Shown piece by piece: positions 1 to 8,293 of a stretch of DNA of 64,000 nucleotides. Source of the DNA: Candidatus Binatia bacterium. Lineage in GTDB: Bacteria; Desulfobacterota; Binatia; Bin18. A model generated the notes under the pieces. That model saw only the letters and a list, made by a program, of their open reading frames with translations. It searched no databases and had not been told where the DNA came from. The stretch is from positions 221,215-285,214 of the forward strand of contig JAJEFA010000007.1 of assembly GCA_022820725.1 (NCBI GenBank), in the 5' to 3' direction. Position 1 is the first letter of the stretch, and the number at the start of each line of letters is the position of its first letter. Made by a program: the position numbers and the translations under genes.

Positions 1-115
1 CCTGTGGCTGCCAGCTTCGTGCATCGCCACCAAACTCGTGGACAAAGATAATCGGCTCTCCAGAGCCGGTCTCTTCAACGTGAAGGGTGACGCCGTTTAT
101 TGGTATGCGTGCCAT
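1..115 (-). CDS. alpha/beta hydrolase, N-terminal fragment (gene runs off the window start)
   Basis: Reverse-strand ATG at 113-115 is preceded by GGAAGGA. The translation MARIPINGVTLHVEETGSGEPIIFVHEFGGDARSWQPQ is a typical alpha/beta-hydrolase N-terminus. It is absent from the ORF track because it is truncated. Confidence 0.6.
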   Translation of the reverse strand, partial: MARIPINGVTLHVEETGSGEPIIFVHEFGGDARSWQPQ

Positions 116-133
116 GCGTAATCCTTCCGAGCG

Positions 134-1201
134 CTATTTTGGCCGACCCACTCTCGGGATGCCGGCGATCATTTCGCTTGCCAGTTCCGTGCGGACGATC
201 CGGGCTCCATCTGCCAGGGCTTTCATTTTGCCGCGGGCCGCCTCGCGGCTGCGAGGGATCATACCACAGTCCGTACACGGGTAGAGTTTGTCCGGCGCGA
301 CATAAGGCAGGGCGGCTCGAATGCGGTCCGCAACGGTCGCGGGTGTTTCAACCTCTTCCGTCCCCACATCAATGATCCCAACCATGAGGTCTTTTCCCTG
401 GGCCAGTTGGAGGACGGAGGGATCGACACCAGAGGCTGCGCATTCGACCGAGATCATGTTGATCGTACTGGTGCGCAGGAGGGGAAGCGTGCGCTGGTAA
501 TGATGCCAATCGGTATTCGTTGTCTTCCAGGCCAGGACCTGAGGAACACCATAGCCGTAGCAGATGTGGACCGCGGTCTTTGCCTGAACTCCCTTGGCCG
601 CGGCTTCGAGCGTGGAAATACCCCACTCCTCGACTGCATCGAGATAGATATTAAAGCAGGGCTCATCAAACTGAATGAGGTCACAGCCGTTCTCGGCCAG
701 CTCATGCGCCTCGTCATTGAGGATGGCCGCCAGGTCCGCGGCGAGCCGCCGTGGCTCTCCATAGTATTCATCCGCCAGTGTGTCCGCTGTGGTCATTGGG
801 CCCGGAAGGGTGACTTTCACCGGCTGGGCCGTGTGCTGTTTGAGGAAGCGTAGCGCGTCAAGAAAAATGGCGCGCGGTCGGCGGACCGGACCGGTGACGC
901 GGGCGACGTCTATCCGCGTCTTATACCGACCGCCACGTGTTTCCTTTTTCACCATGCGGCTGAAATCAATTCCGCTCAGTTTCTCGGTCAATCCCCAGAT
1001 GTAATGCCGACGGCGCTGTTCGCCGTCCGTGACAATATCCATTCCGGCTTCGTGCTGATCGAGTACGGCCAGGCGCACGGCATCGTCCTGGCCCTCGGGT
1101 AAGGTGTCGGCCTCAAGCCGCAAGGAGACAGACGAAATCTGGTTCTGCGGGGCGAGCCAGGTCGGGCGCGGCAGGCTGCCGGTAATCATTGTTTTCAGCA
1201 T
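134..1201 (-). CDS. cobalamin-independent methionine synthase (MetE) catalytic-domain family protein, single-domain form
   Basis: 355-aa ORF with an MITGSLPRP-type N-terminus. The Zn-ligand-like motifs VHICYGY (His-x-Cys) and YPCTDCGM are typical of the MetE C-terminal domain. Confidence 0.85.
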   Translation of the reverse strand: MLKTMITGSLPRPTWLAPQNQISSVSLRLEADTLPEGQDDAVRLAVLDQHEAGMDIVTDGEQRRRHYIWGLTEKLSGIDFSRMVKKETRGGRYKTRIDVARVTGPVRRPRAIFLDALRFLKQHTAQPVKVTLPGPMTTADTLADEYYGEPRRLAADLAAILNDEAHELAENGCDLIQFDEPCFNIYLDAVEEWGISTLEAAAKGVQAKTAVHICYGYGVPQVLAWKTTNTDWHHYQRTLPLLRTSTINMISVECAASGVDPSVLQLAQGKDLMVGIIDVGTEEVETPATVADRIRAALPYVAPDKLYPCTDCGMIPRSREAARGKMKALADGARIVRTELASEMIAGIPRVGRPK

Positions 1202-1314
1202 GGTGGAGTCTATATCTTTTTTTTCGATTCAGCGCCAAGCGCGGGACGCGTCCCTGGTTCCCCTGGAACGGTTTTGGTACAGTTCAGCGAAACACTGTGA
1301 GGAATGGAGCCATT

Positions 1315-2481
1315 ATGCGTCAACGCCTTCGCTTCGGTGCTTTTCTTGCCCCCCATCACCCGCTGGGGGAACATCCGACCCTTCAATTTCAGCGCGACCT
1401 CGAACTGGCTGCGTTTCTGGACGAGTTCCAGTTCGATGAGTTCTGGGTTGGCGAGCATCACTCGGCCGGCTGGGAAACCATCGGCTCACCGGAAATGTTC
1501 CTGGTTGCTGCCGCGGAGCGGACGCAGCGCATCCGGCTGGGGACCGGCGTGATTTCCGTGCCGTATCACCATCCTTTTAATATCGCCCAGCGCATCGTCC
1601 ACCTCGACCATCTGAGTCGTGGCCGGGCCATACTCGGCGTGGGTCCGGGAGCCCTACCCTCTGACGCGGTCATGCTGGGCATCGACCCCAGCACGCAACG
1701 TGACCGGATGGATGAAGGGTTGGGTGTGGTCCTGCGTCTGCTGAACGAGGACGAGCCGATTACGGTCGAGAGCGACTGGTTCAGGCTGTACGAAGCGGCC
1801 TTACAGCTACGTCCGCTCCAGGATGAGATTCCCGTGGCCGTTGCCTCCTCGATTTCCCCGGCCGGTATGAAAGCGGCGGGCAAGTACGGCGTCGGCGTAC
1901 TCTCCATTGCGTCATATTTGGAAGAAGGGCTGACCGCGCTGCCAACGCAGTGGGGCTGGGGCCAGACCTCGGCCCGTGAGCACGGCCAACGGCTCGACCG
2001 GGCGGACTGGCGTATTGTGATGCCCTTTCATTTGTCTTCCTCAAAGGAACAGGCCTACCGCGAGGTGGCCGACGGGCTTCAGCGCTGGCAGAACCAATAT
2101 ATTGTCGGCATCCTCGGCACGCCAAAACGCAAGCCGTTTGAAGATGGCTATCGGGCGGCCCGAAGCTTGGATGAACACGGCGGGGGTATTTTTGGAACGC
2201 CCGAAGACGCGCTGGAAAAAATTGCTCACCTCCAGGAACTCTCGGGCGGTTTTGGCACGCTGTTGTGCTTTGTCCACGACTGGACACCGCCGGACCTCGC
2301 CCGCAAGAGCTATGAACTCCTGGCGCGGCATGTGATGCCCCATACCCAGGGATTACTGCGGCGGCTGGAAACCTCGGCAGAGCGGGTGTCAGCCAACAAG
2401 AAAGAGCTGATGGACAAGGCGGGTGGAGCGATTTTGAAAGCCATTCGTGAGTACAACGCCGCACATCCACGAGAGCAATAG
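1315..2481 (+). CDS. LLM-class (luciferase-like) flavin-dependent oxidoreductase
   Basis: Lies in ORF 1189-2481. ATG 1315 has GGAG upstream and gives MRQRLRFGAFLAPHHP. The EFWVGEHH motif and overall layout fit luciferase-like monooxygenases. Confidence 0.85.
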   Translation: MRQRLRFGAFLAPHHPLGEHPTLQFQRDLELAAFLDEFQFDEFWVGEHHSAGWETIGSPEMFLVAAAERTQRIRLGTGVISVPYHHPFNIAQRIVHLDHLSRGRAILGVGPGALPSDAVMLGIDPSTQRDRMDEGLGVVLRLLNEDEPITVESDWFRLYEAALQLRPLQDEIPVAVASSISPAGMKAAGKYGVGVLSIASYLEEGLTALPTQWGWGQTSAREHGQRLDRADWRIVMPFHLSSSKEQAYREVADGLQRWQNQYIVGILGTPKRKPFEDGYRAARSLDEHGGGIFGTPEDALEKIAHLQELSGGFGTLLCFVHDWTPPDLARKSYELLARHVMPHTQGLLRRLETSAERVSANKKELMDKAGGAILKAIREYNAAHPREQ

Positions 2482-2484
2482 GGC

Positions 2485-3267
2485 ATGGGTATTTTTTCTG
2501 GAAAAGTCACCGTCGTGACCGGCGCCAGCCGGGGCCTCGGCAAGCCGATTGCAGTCGAACTGGCAGAGGCCGGCGCGCGGCTGGCCTGCGTGGCAACCCA
2601 GGCCGAAAATGCAGCAGAGACGGTTGCTGAGATCAAGCGCCGGGAGGGAGAGGCGATTGCCTTCGGCTGCCGTGTCGAGCGGGCGGACGAGGTCACGCGC
2701 TTGTTTGCCGAGGTAGAGGAGCAACTCGGACCGGTCGATATTCTGGTCAATAATGCCGGTATCACCCGCCCGCAGTTGACGCTGGAGATGACCGAAGAGA
2801 ACTGGGACCAGCATATGGACATCAATGTGAAGTCCATTTTCCTGTGTTCCCAGGCCGCGGCGCGTCAAATGACGCAGCACGGAGGCGGCTGCATTATCAA
2901 TATCGGGTCGATTTTAGGCCGCAACGCCTTCCCGGCCACGCTCGGGTACTGCACCTCGAAAGCCGCGGTGGATCATATGACCAGGGTCATGGCGATTGAG
3001 TGGGCCAGGTATGGCATTCGCGTCAACTGTATCGCGCCGGGCTATATCGAGTCGGACATGATCGACGGTCTTGAGGCCGACGGCAAGCTGACCGCGATCG
3101 ATTTAATCAAGCGCACACCCCAGCGGCGGCTGGGCTCGAATGCGGACATTGCCAAAGCCGTGCGCTTTGTCGCCAGCGAGGACGCCGGTTTCATGACCGG
3201 CGAGATCATGGTTATCGACGGCGGCTGGAGCGCCTTCGGATATTACCAGACCAGGGGCGGGAAATAG
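2485..3267 (+). CDS. SDR family oxidoreductase (FabG-like)
   Basis: Contains TGASRGLGKPIA (TGxxxGxG), NNAG and YCTSKAAV (YxxxK). It starts 3 nt after the upstream LLM stop. Confidence 0.9.
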   Translation: MGIFSGKVTVVTGASRGLGKPIAVELAEAGARLACVATQAENAAETVAEIKRREGEAIAFGCRVERADEVTRLFAEVEEQLGPVDILVNNAGITRPQLTLEMTEENWDQHMDINVKSIFLCSQAAARQMTQHGGGCIINIGSILGRNAFPATLGYCTSKAAVDHMTRVMAIEWARYGIRVNCIAPGYIESDMIDGLEADGKLTAIDLIKRTPQRRLGSNADIAKAVRFVASEDAGFMTGEIMVIDGGWSAFGYYQTRGGK

Positions 3268-3359
3268 TCGAGTGCCGTCTCGCCGAGCTCCTCGACACAG
3301 TCAAACGGACAGCACAGAGTGATCCGCTGGTTTCGCGCGACTTTGGAGAAGACGCTCCC

Positions 3360-4586
3360 TCAATCCGTCATGGCTACCACCTCGATCTCGATCTCCATCT
3401 TTTCGTAAGCCAGGCACGGCAGCGGGATGCCCGTCGTGGCGGGCCCGGGTTCGGTAAAACTGGACGAGCGGATGCTCAAGTTGTCGTGCAGGACCTCGGC
3501 CGACGCATTGCCCGCGTAGAACGCCGTCACCTTGACGACGTCGTCCAGCCCGAGGCCAAACTCGCCGAGCACCTTGGCGATGTTCGCCATGCTGGTGCGC
3601 GTCTGCGTGACGAGGTCGCCAGGATCGATGACCGCGCCTTGGGGATCGATCGACACCTGACCGCCAACGTAGACCATGTTCCCGTGCTTGACGCCGTGCT
3701 TATAGGGCAGGTGCACCGGCCAGTCCCAATGCCCTTGCGGCCACGCGTGCTGGCGCGGCCGAGGGTCGCCGTCCTCGTCCAGCATGGCCGTCACTTCAAC
3801 CGAGATCATCAAGCCGTCGCGAAAGAGCGCCGGGATGGGAATGCCGGTCGCCGCGGGGCCGGGCTCCGCAAAGTAACTCGCGACCGCCAGCGCCGACCCC
3901 TCCCATTCTTCGGCCGTGCCGCCGCCGACGTAGTACCGGTTGACCTTGACGACGTCGTTGTAACCGGCCCCGAGGTCACCGAGCAGCACGCCGATGCGCT
4001 CCGTGACCAGGCGGCTCTGCACGACGAGATCGCCAGCCTCGACGACACCGCCATCGGCATCGAGCGCCGTTTGTCCGCCGATGAACAGCATACGGCCGCA
4101 TCGCAAGGCATGGCTGAACGGCGCGGGCAGAGGTGTCGGTATGCCGGCGTTGGACACCGTTCGCGCCAGACGTGCACCGTCGGCGCCGCGCATCGCCACG
4201 CCCTCGATCTCGACGACCATGTCCTCATAAGCGAGCGCCGGCAATGGAACGAGGGAGATCACCGGTCCCGGCCCCTCGCCGAGCGCCGTTGCGACTTCTG
4301 CGAGCAGGCGGTCCCGGTCCTCATCGTGCTTGTGAACGTAGAAACAGATGAGCTTGACGAGATCGGCCATGTCCGCGTCAAGCTCGGCCAGAATGACGCG
4401 GATGTACTCCATCGCGGCCCGGGTCTGTGTGGTGAGGTCACCCGGATTGCGGACGTTGCCCGCGGAGTCGAGATCGACCTGGCCGCCGAAGAAGATCATC
4501 TCGCCGCACCGCACCCCGTGCTTATGCGTCACGTGTATGGGCCAGTCCCAGTGTCCATCGGGCCAGGTATAGCGTCGTGCAGCCAT
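3360..4586 (-). CDS. triple-domain RidA/YjgF/L-PSP family protein (three tandem Rid domains in one chain)
   Basis: 408 aa with a strong RBS (GGGAGGAG). There are three roughly 135-aa repeats. Each has a GxxxFxGGQ core (GEMIFFGGQVDLD, GRMLFIGGQTALD, GNMVYVGGQVSID), a GDLxxQ(T/S)R helix and a C-terminal xExExxA strand. Confidence 0.85.
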   Translation of the reverse strand: MAARRYTWPDGHWDWPIHVTHKHGVRCGEMIFFGGQVDLDSAGNVRNPGDLTTQTRAAMEYIRVILAELDADMADLVKLICFYVHKHDEDRDRLLAEVATALGEGPGPVISLVPLPALAYEDMVVEIEGVAMRGADGARLARTVSNAGIPTPLPAPFSHALRCGRMLFIGGQTALDADGGVVEAGDLVVQSRLVTERIGVLLGDLGAGYNDVVKVNRYYVGGGTAEEWEGSALAVASYFAEPGPAATGIPIPALFRDGLMISVEVTAMLDEDGDPRPRQHAWPQGHWDWPVHLPYKHGVKHGNMVYVGGQVSIDPQGAVIDPGDLVTQTRTSMANIAKVLGEFGLGLDDVVKVTAFYAGNASAEVLHDNLSIRSSSFTEPGPATTGIPLPCLAYEKMEIEIEVVAMTD

Positions 4587-4614
4587 TAACCACTCCTCCC
4601 TTTAAGGATCATCC

Positions 4615-6573
4615 TCACGCTTCGTACCCGGCGAGAAACCCTGGCCAGATACAGCTGCGCAGGTTGCCGAGCCGCACGCAATCGCCGACGAAGCGTGACG
4701 CGGGGGCGAGATCTTGCGCGACACTGTCGAATTCCCTGTCGGGCCGGAAACCCCAGGCCGGCACAACGGTGTCAGCTTCGAGATCGATGAGCTGGCCATC
4801 GTCGCCGGTGAACTGAGCGCCCCCCTCCGTGATCTCGGCGATGCGGTGGTTGCCCTTAATCTCGACGCCGTTGCCGATCATCATGTCCATGAACACTTTG
4901 CGGCTGAAAGGCTCGAGATCGGGAATGAGGTCGTCGGCGGCTTCCTTGACGGTGGTCAGCACGACCTTTTTGCCGAGGCGAGCAAGGTAGACCGCGATGT
5001 CGCAGCCCAGCCAGCCGCCACCGACGACAATGACGCGGTCGCCCGCCGTCGCTTTCTCTTCCAGCAAGTCGACGGGAAAGGAGACATGCGGCAGATCGAC
5101 ACCGGCGACGTCGCGAAACTTCGATTGTACGCCGCAGGCTACGATCAGCAGGTCCGGATTCAACGGGCGGATCAGCTCCGGTGTCGCTTCTGTCTCCATG
5201 CGGATGTCGACGTCCAGCCGCGTGACCTCGTAGGCCATGTGATCCATCAGCGCGCGCAGGTCGTCCTTGAAACCGAGCTGCGCGGCTATTTGAAGCTGGC
5301 CGCCCAATCGATCGGTCTTTTCGAACAGCGTGACCTCGTGCCCCCGCAGGCAGGCGACCCGCGCTACCTCCATGCCGGCAGCGCCACCGCCGAGCACGAC
5401 CACGCGCCGCCGCGTATCGGCGGCGCGCATCGGGTAGGTGCTTTCGCGCCCGCACTGGAAATTCACGTCACAGCGTTGCGGGCGCCCCAGCATCTCGCCG
5501 TTCAGACAACTCTCGTTACAGCGAATGCACGGCCGGACGGCCCTGACGTCACCCGTTGCGGCGTGGTTGGGGATCTCGGGGTCGGTCAGAAAACCGCGCC
5601 CGATAGCGATGATGTCGGCTTTTCCGTCACGCACCACCTCCGCCGCCATCGGAACGTCGATCGCGCCTACGGTGATGATCGGCAGGGTCGCGACGTGCTT
5701 GACCGCGTCGGCGAGATGCACAAGGTTACCGCGCGGCGCGTAGATAGGCGCGCAGCACTCCTCCCAGCTCTCTCCGATCGACCCCGACACGTGGTGCGCA
5801 TCGATGCCTTCCGCCTCCAGCATCAGGGCGAACTCGCGGGCTTCTTCTATGGCGAACGCCTCGGGCGAGAAATCGTCGCCGTTGTACCGATAGATGATCG
5901 GGAAATCGGGACCGACCAACGCGCGGGAACGGCGTACGATCTCGAGCGAAAAGTGTGCCCGATTCTCGAGCGATCCGCCCCACTCATCGGTACGCTTATT
6001 GCCATAAGGCGACAGAAACGTACCGGGCAGGTAGCCGTGCGCACCATGGATCTCGACCGCTTCGAAACCGGCGTTCTTGGCACGCCGCACGGCTTCGGCA
6101 AATTTGTCGAGCACTTCCTCGATTTCGTCCGGCGTGATCTCTCGGACGCGATAGTGATCGCCGTAGAGCGCTTCATATACCTTGTCCGGAATGGCGGACG
6201 GCGACAGACAGGGTTGCGCATACGAACTCTGACGACCGGCATGCGCGAGTTGCAGGCACGCGCGCGCGCCGTTGAGCGTAATGGTCTCGGCGAGCAGGCT
6301 CAGACCTACCAGATAGCGATCGCTGCTCGCGCTCAGCATGCCCCATTCCGCCGATGAGAGCTTTTCGTCGACATGGGCGAATTCGATAATGAGCATGCTG
6401 GCGCCGCCTTTCGCGCGCACTGCGTAGTGATCAATCAATGCCTGCGTGACCTCTCCGTCCGCCGTCGGCAAACGCGAACACATCGGCGCCATCACGATCC
6501 GGTTCTTGAGGTTCAACTTGCCGATCTTGATGGGCTGGAACAGCGGTGAGAGATCAGCGTTGGACATGGGCAT
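4615..6573 (-). CDS. OYE-family NADH:flavin oxidoreductase fused to an FAD/NAD(P) domain (2,4-dienoyl-CoA reductase-like)
   Basis: 652 aa with RBS GGAGGGG. The FMN TIM-barrel motif is GFEAVEIHGAHGYL. The Cys cluster CIRCNESCLNG...RCDVNFQCG is 4Fe-4S-like. Two Rossmann motifs are present (VVVLGGGAAGME and VIVVGGGWLGCD). Confidence 0.9.
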   Translation of the reverse strand: MPMSNADLSPLFQPIKIGKLNLKNRIVMAPMCSRLPTADGEVTQALIDHYAVRAKGGASMLIIEFAHVDEKLSSAEWGMLSASSDRYLVGLSLLAETITLNGARACLQLAHAGRQSSYAQPCLSPSAIPDKVYEALYGDHYRVREITPDEIEEVLDKFAEAVRRAKNAGFEAVEIHGAHGYLPGTFLSPYGNKRTDEWGGSLENRAHFSLEIVRRSRALVGPDFPIIYRYNGDDFSPEAFAIEEAREFALMLEAEGIDAHHVSGSIGESWEECCAPIYAPRGNLVHLADAVKHVATLPIITVGAIDVPMAAEVVRDGKADIIAIGRGFLTDPEIPNHAATGDVRAVRPCIRCNESCLNGEMLGRPQRCDVNFQCGRESTYPMRAADTRRRVVVLGGGAAGMEVARVACLRGHEVTLFEKTDRLGGQLQIAAQLGFKDDLRALMDHMAYEVTRLDVDIRMETEATPELIRPLNPDLLIVACGVQSKFRDVAGVDLPHVSFPVDLLEEKATAGDRVIVVGGGWLGCDIAVYLARLGKKVVLTTVKEAADDLIPDLEPFSRKVFMDMMIGNGVEIKGNHRIAEITEGGAQFTGDDGQLIDLEADTVVPAWGFRPDREFDSVAQDLAPASRFVGDCVRLGNLRSCIWPGFLAGYEA

Positions 6574-6724
6574 CCCCTCCTCGTCGTCAAAGTCGGGTCC
6601 GTAGAATACCGATAGGTGATTGGCGTCGAGTATAGACCGCTATGATTGTTTTTCTCAAGCGTACGTGGCTAAATGCAGAGTGTCATGGGCTAAAATACGA
6701 GCGGCAAAACGAGAGGAGGGTAGT

Positions 6725-8263
6725 ATGGCAGACGAGACGGTCCAGACCGAGCTGTCCGAACGGGCACGCGGCTGGCTCAAATACCTGTACCGCAAGGCCA
6801 TGGTGGATGACGACTGGTCCAAGGACGGTCGGCCATCTGACATGTGGGACGATAAAAGCCTACCCCCCATGGGGAATTTTCATCGCTTCGATGCCGTAGA
6901 CTCGTCCTATGCGGTCGCCATGATGAGCGACATCACGCCAGCCTGGCGCGAGGTGTACGGCAAGATTCTGGAAAGCCTGGTTGACCGCATTACCGACTAC
7001 TGGGGAACCTATGACTGGTCCGAGCAGATCGGCCCAGACCCGCAGCGCGAGCACTATCCGGACGAGTTTTTCCCCTTGCTCATTCCCAACGAGCTCCGCG
7101 GGAAATATGACACGCCGGGCTGGGCCGCCAACGGGGTTGAGCCGTGGGGCTATGAGCCCGACCCAATCAAGGCTGCCGGGGCGATTTACTATAAAGGCTT
7201 TCTGTCGTTGACCATGGGTCTCCACCTGTATGTGTCGGGTGACCGGAAATATAACGACGGCTTCTCGGTGGTGAATAATGGCGAGCACACCTTTCACTAC
7301 ACCCACACCAGCATGAACAAGTACATCAGCGATCAGTGGTGTGGCAGACCCGAAGGCTCGCATTGAGAGAACACCAAAGTGTGGCCGCTGTGACTCACGG
7401 TCACCAGCCTCGGTCTGAGGCTTTACGACATCTTCTATAACGGCAATACGTTCCGCGCGTTTGAGCAGTGGTACGAGTACGCCAAGCAAAACTATATTGC
7501 TCCGTCCGAGGACCCGCTCCTGCCCGAGTGGGTGACCATCTATTACGACCCGTTGATTGATTACAATAATACCCTGCCCGCCGTCTTTAGCTGGATTATG
7601 TGGGGGTTTTACCTATTGCCGAACGACCGGGCCATGGCCACCCGTTTTTATGAGACCGTCAAGCGGGACTATCTGGTCGAGAAGCCGGACGGCACGGCGC
7701 ATATAACCTTCGCGCCCGGTGCGACCGAGGATCATCCGTATATGACGGTCCGCGCTCTGAGTCTGGCCCACGACCTGGGTGATACGGAGACGGTCAGAAA
7801 AATACGCGCCCATGTCGAGGCCAACTACGAGCCAACCTGGGATCGGGACACGGGCGAGTTCTATTATGGCTTTGGACTGAACGAGCCCTATCCGCGCGGG
7901 CAGTATAACGCCAATCTGATGGTGACCGAGGTCGGCGGCCCGGGTGCGTGGTCACGCATCTATACCGAGCCGAATCTGGAGAAGTTTGACCAGCCCACCG
8001 TGTACGGGGTGGACTTTCCTCACATAGGTTTGTCGCAGGCCTATTACGACCAGGAGAAGAAAACCCTGGTCTTACGGACCTATACGTCTGACCCGGCCGC
8101 CCAGGGACGACCGACCAGCTTCCGCGTCAAGAACTTGGAGCGGCCGAGTACCTGTCGGGTGCTCATGGATGGTCAGGCGTGGGACAATTGGATTGTACAA
8201 GATGGCGAGATTGAAGTCTCAACCGAGATCGACGTACACGCGTTCCAGATTATTGAAACGTGA
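6725..8263 (+). CDS. linalool dehydratase/isomerase (LDI)-family protein with two in-frame UGA codons (candidate selenocysteines at codons 214 and 223); the alternative is a pseudogene
   Basis: ORFs 6620-7366 and 7532-8263 share one frame. Only TGA 7364-7366 and TGA 7391-7393 interrupt it (the gap was translated codon by codon, with no other stop and no frameshift). ATG 6725 follows GAGGAGGG. LDI-like similarity continues on both sides of the stops (AIYYKGFLSLTMGLHLYVSG..., LGLRLYD...). Confidence 0.6.
7406..7422 (+). promoter_or_regulatory. candidate bacterial SECIS hairpin downstream of the second UGA
   Basis: AGCCUC-GGUCU-GAGGCU is a 6-bp perfect stem with a 5-nt loop that starts with GG. 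The stem begins 12 nt after UGA 7391-7393. A second, overlapping hairpin (7387-7408) follows the first UGA. Confidence 0.35.
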
Positions 8264-8293
8264 GACCGTTTGCTCTCCGAAGGAGGGAATGTC

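Noticed and set aside
1202-1314. Possible cobalamin or SAM riboswitch upstream of the MetE-like gene.
   Set aside because: The divergent intergenic region is only about 113 nt, and I could not see the conserved B12-box or SAM-I helices. It is probably just two promoters.
3486-4589. 367-aa plus-strand ORF antisense to the triple-RidA gene.
   Set aside because: This is a shadow ORF typical of GC-rich DNA. Its composition is Arg/Ala/His/Asp-rich with no motifs and no RBS, and the opposite strand has clear family repeats.
4714-6357. 547-aa plus-strand ORF antisense to the OYE/dienoyl-CoA reductase-like gene.
   Set aside because: Same reasoning: it is low-complexity and Arg/Gly/Asp-rich, while the opposite strand carries FMN, 4Fe-4S and Rossmann motifs.
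7364-7393. Genome-wide UGA reassignment (UGA coding for Trp or Gly) as the explanation for the in-frame UGAs.
   Set aside because: UGA terminates many well-delimited genes in this window at the expected family length (for example 8263, 28558, 38873, 41163, 47115, 55504 and 57802).
6620-8263. Treating ORF 6620-7366 and ORF 7532-8263 as two separate genes, with a TTG start at 6620.
   Set aside because: They share one frame, and family similarity continues through the 165-nt gap, which contains only two UGA codons. ATG 6725 has a far better RBS (GAGGAGGG) than 6620. They were merged into one gene, either a selenoprotein candidate or, less likely, a pseudogene.
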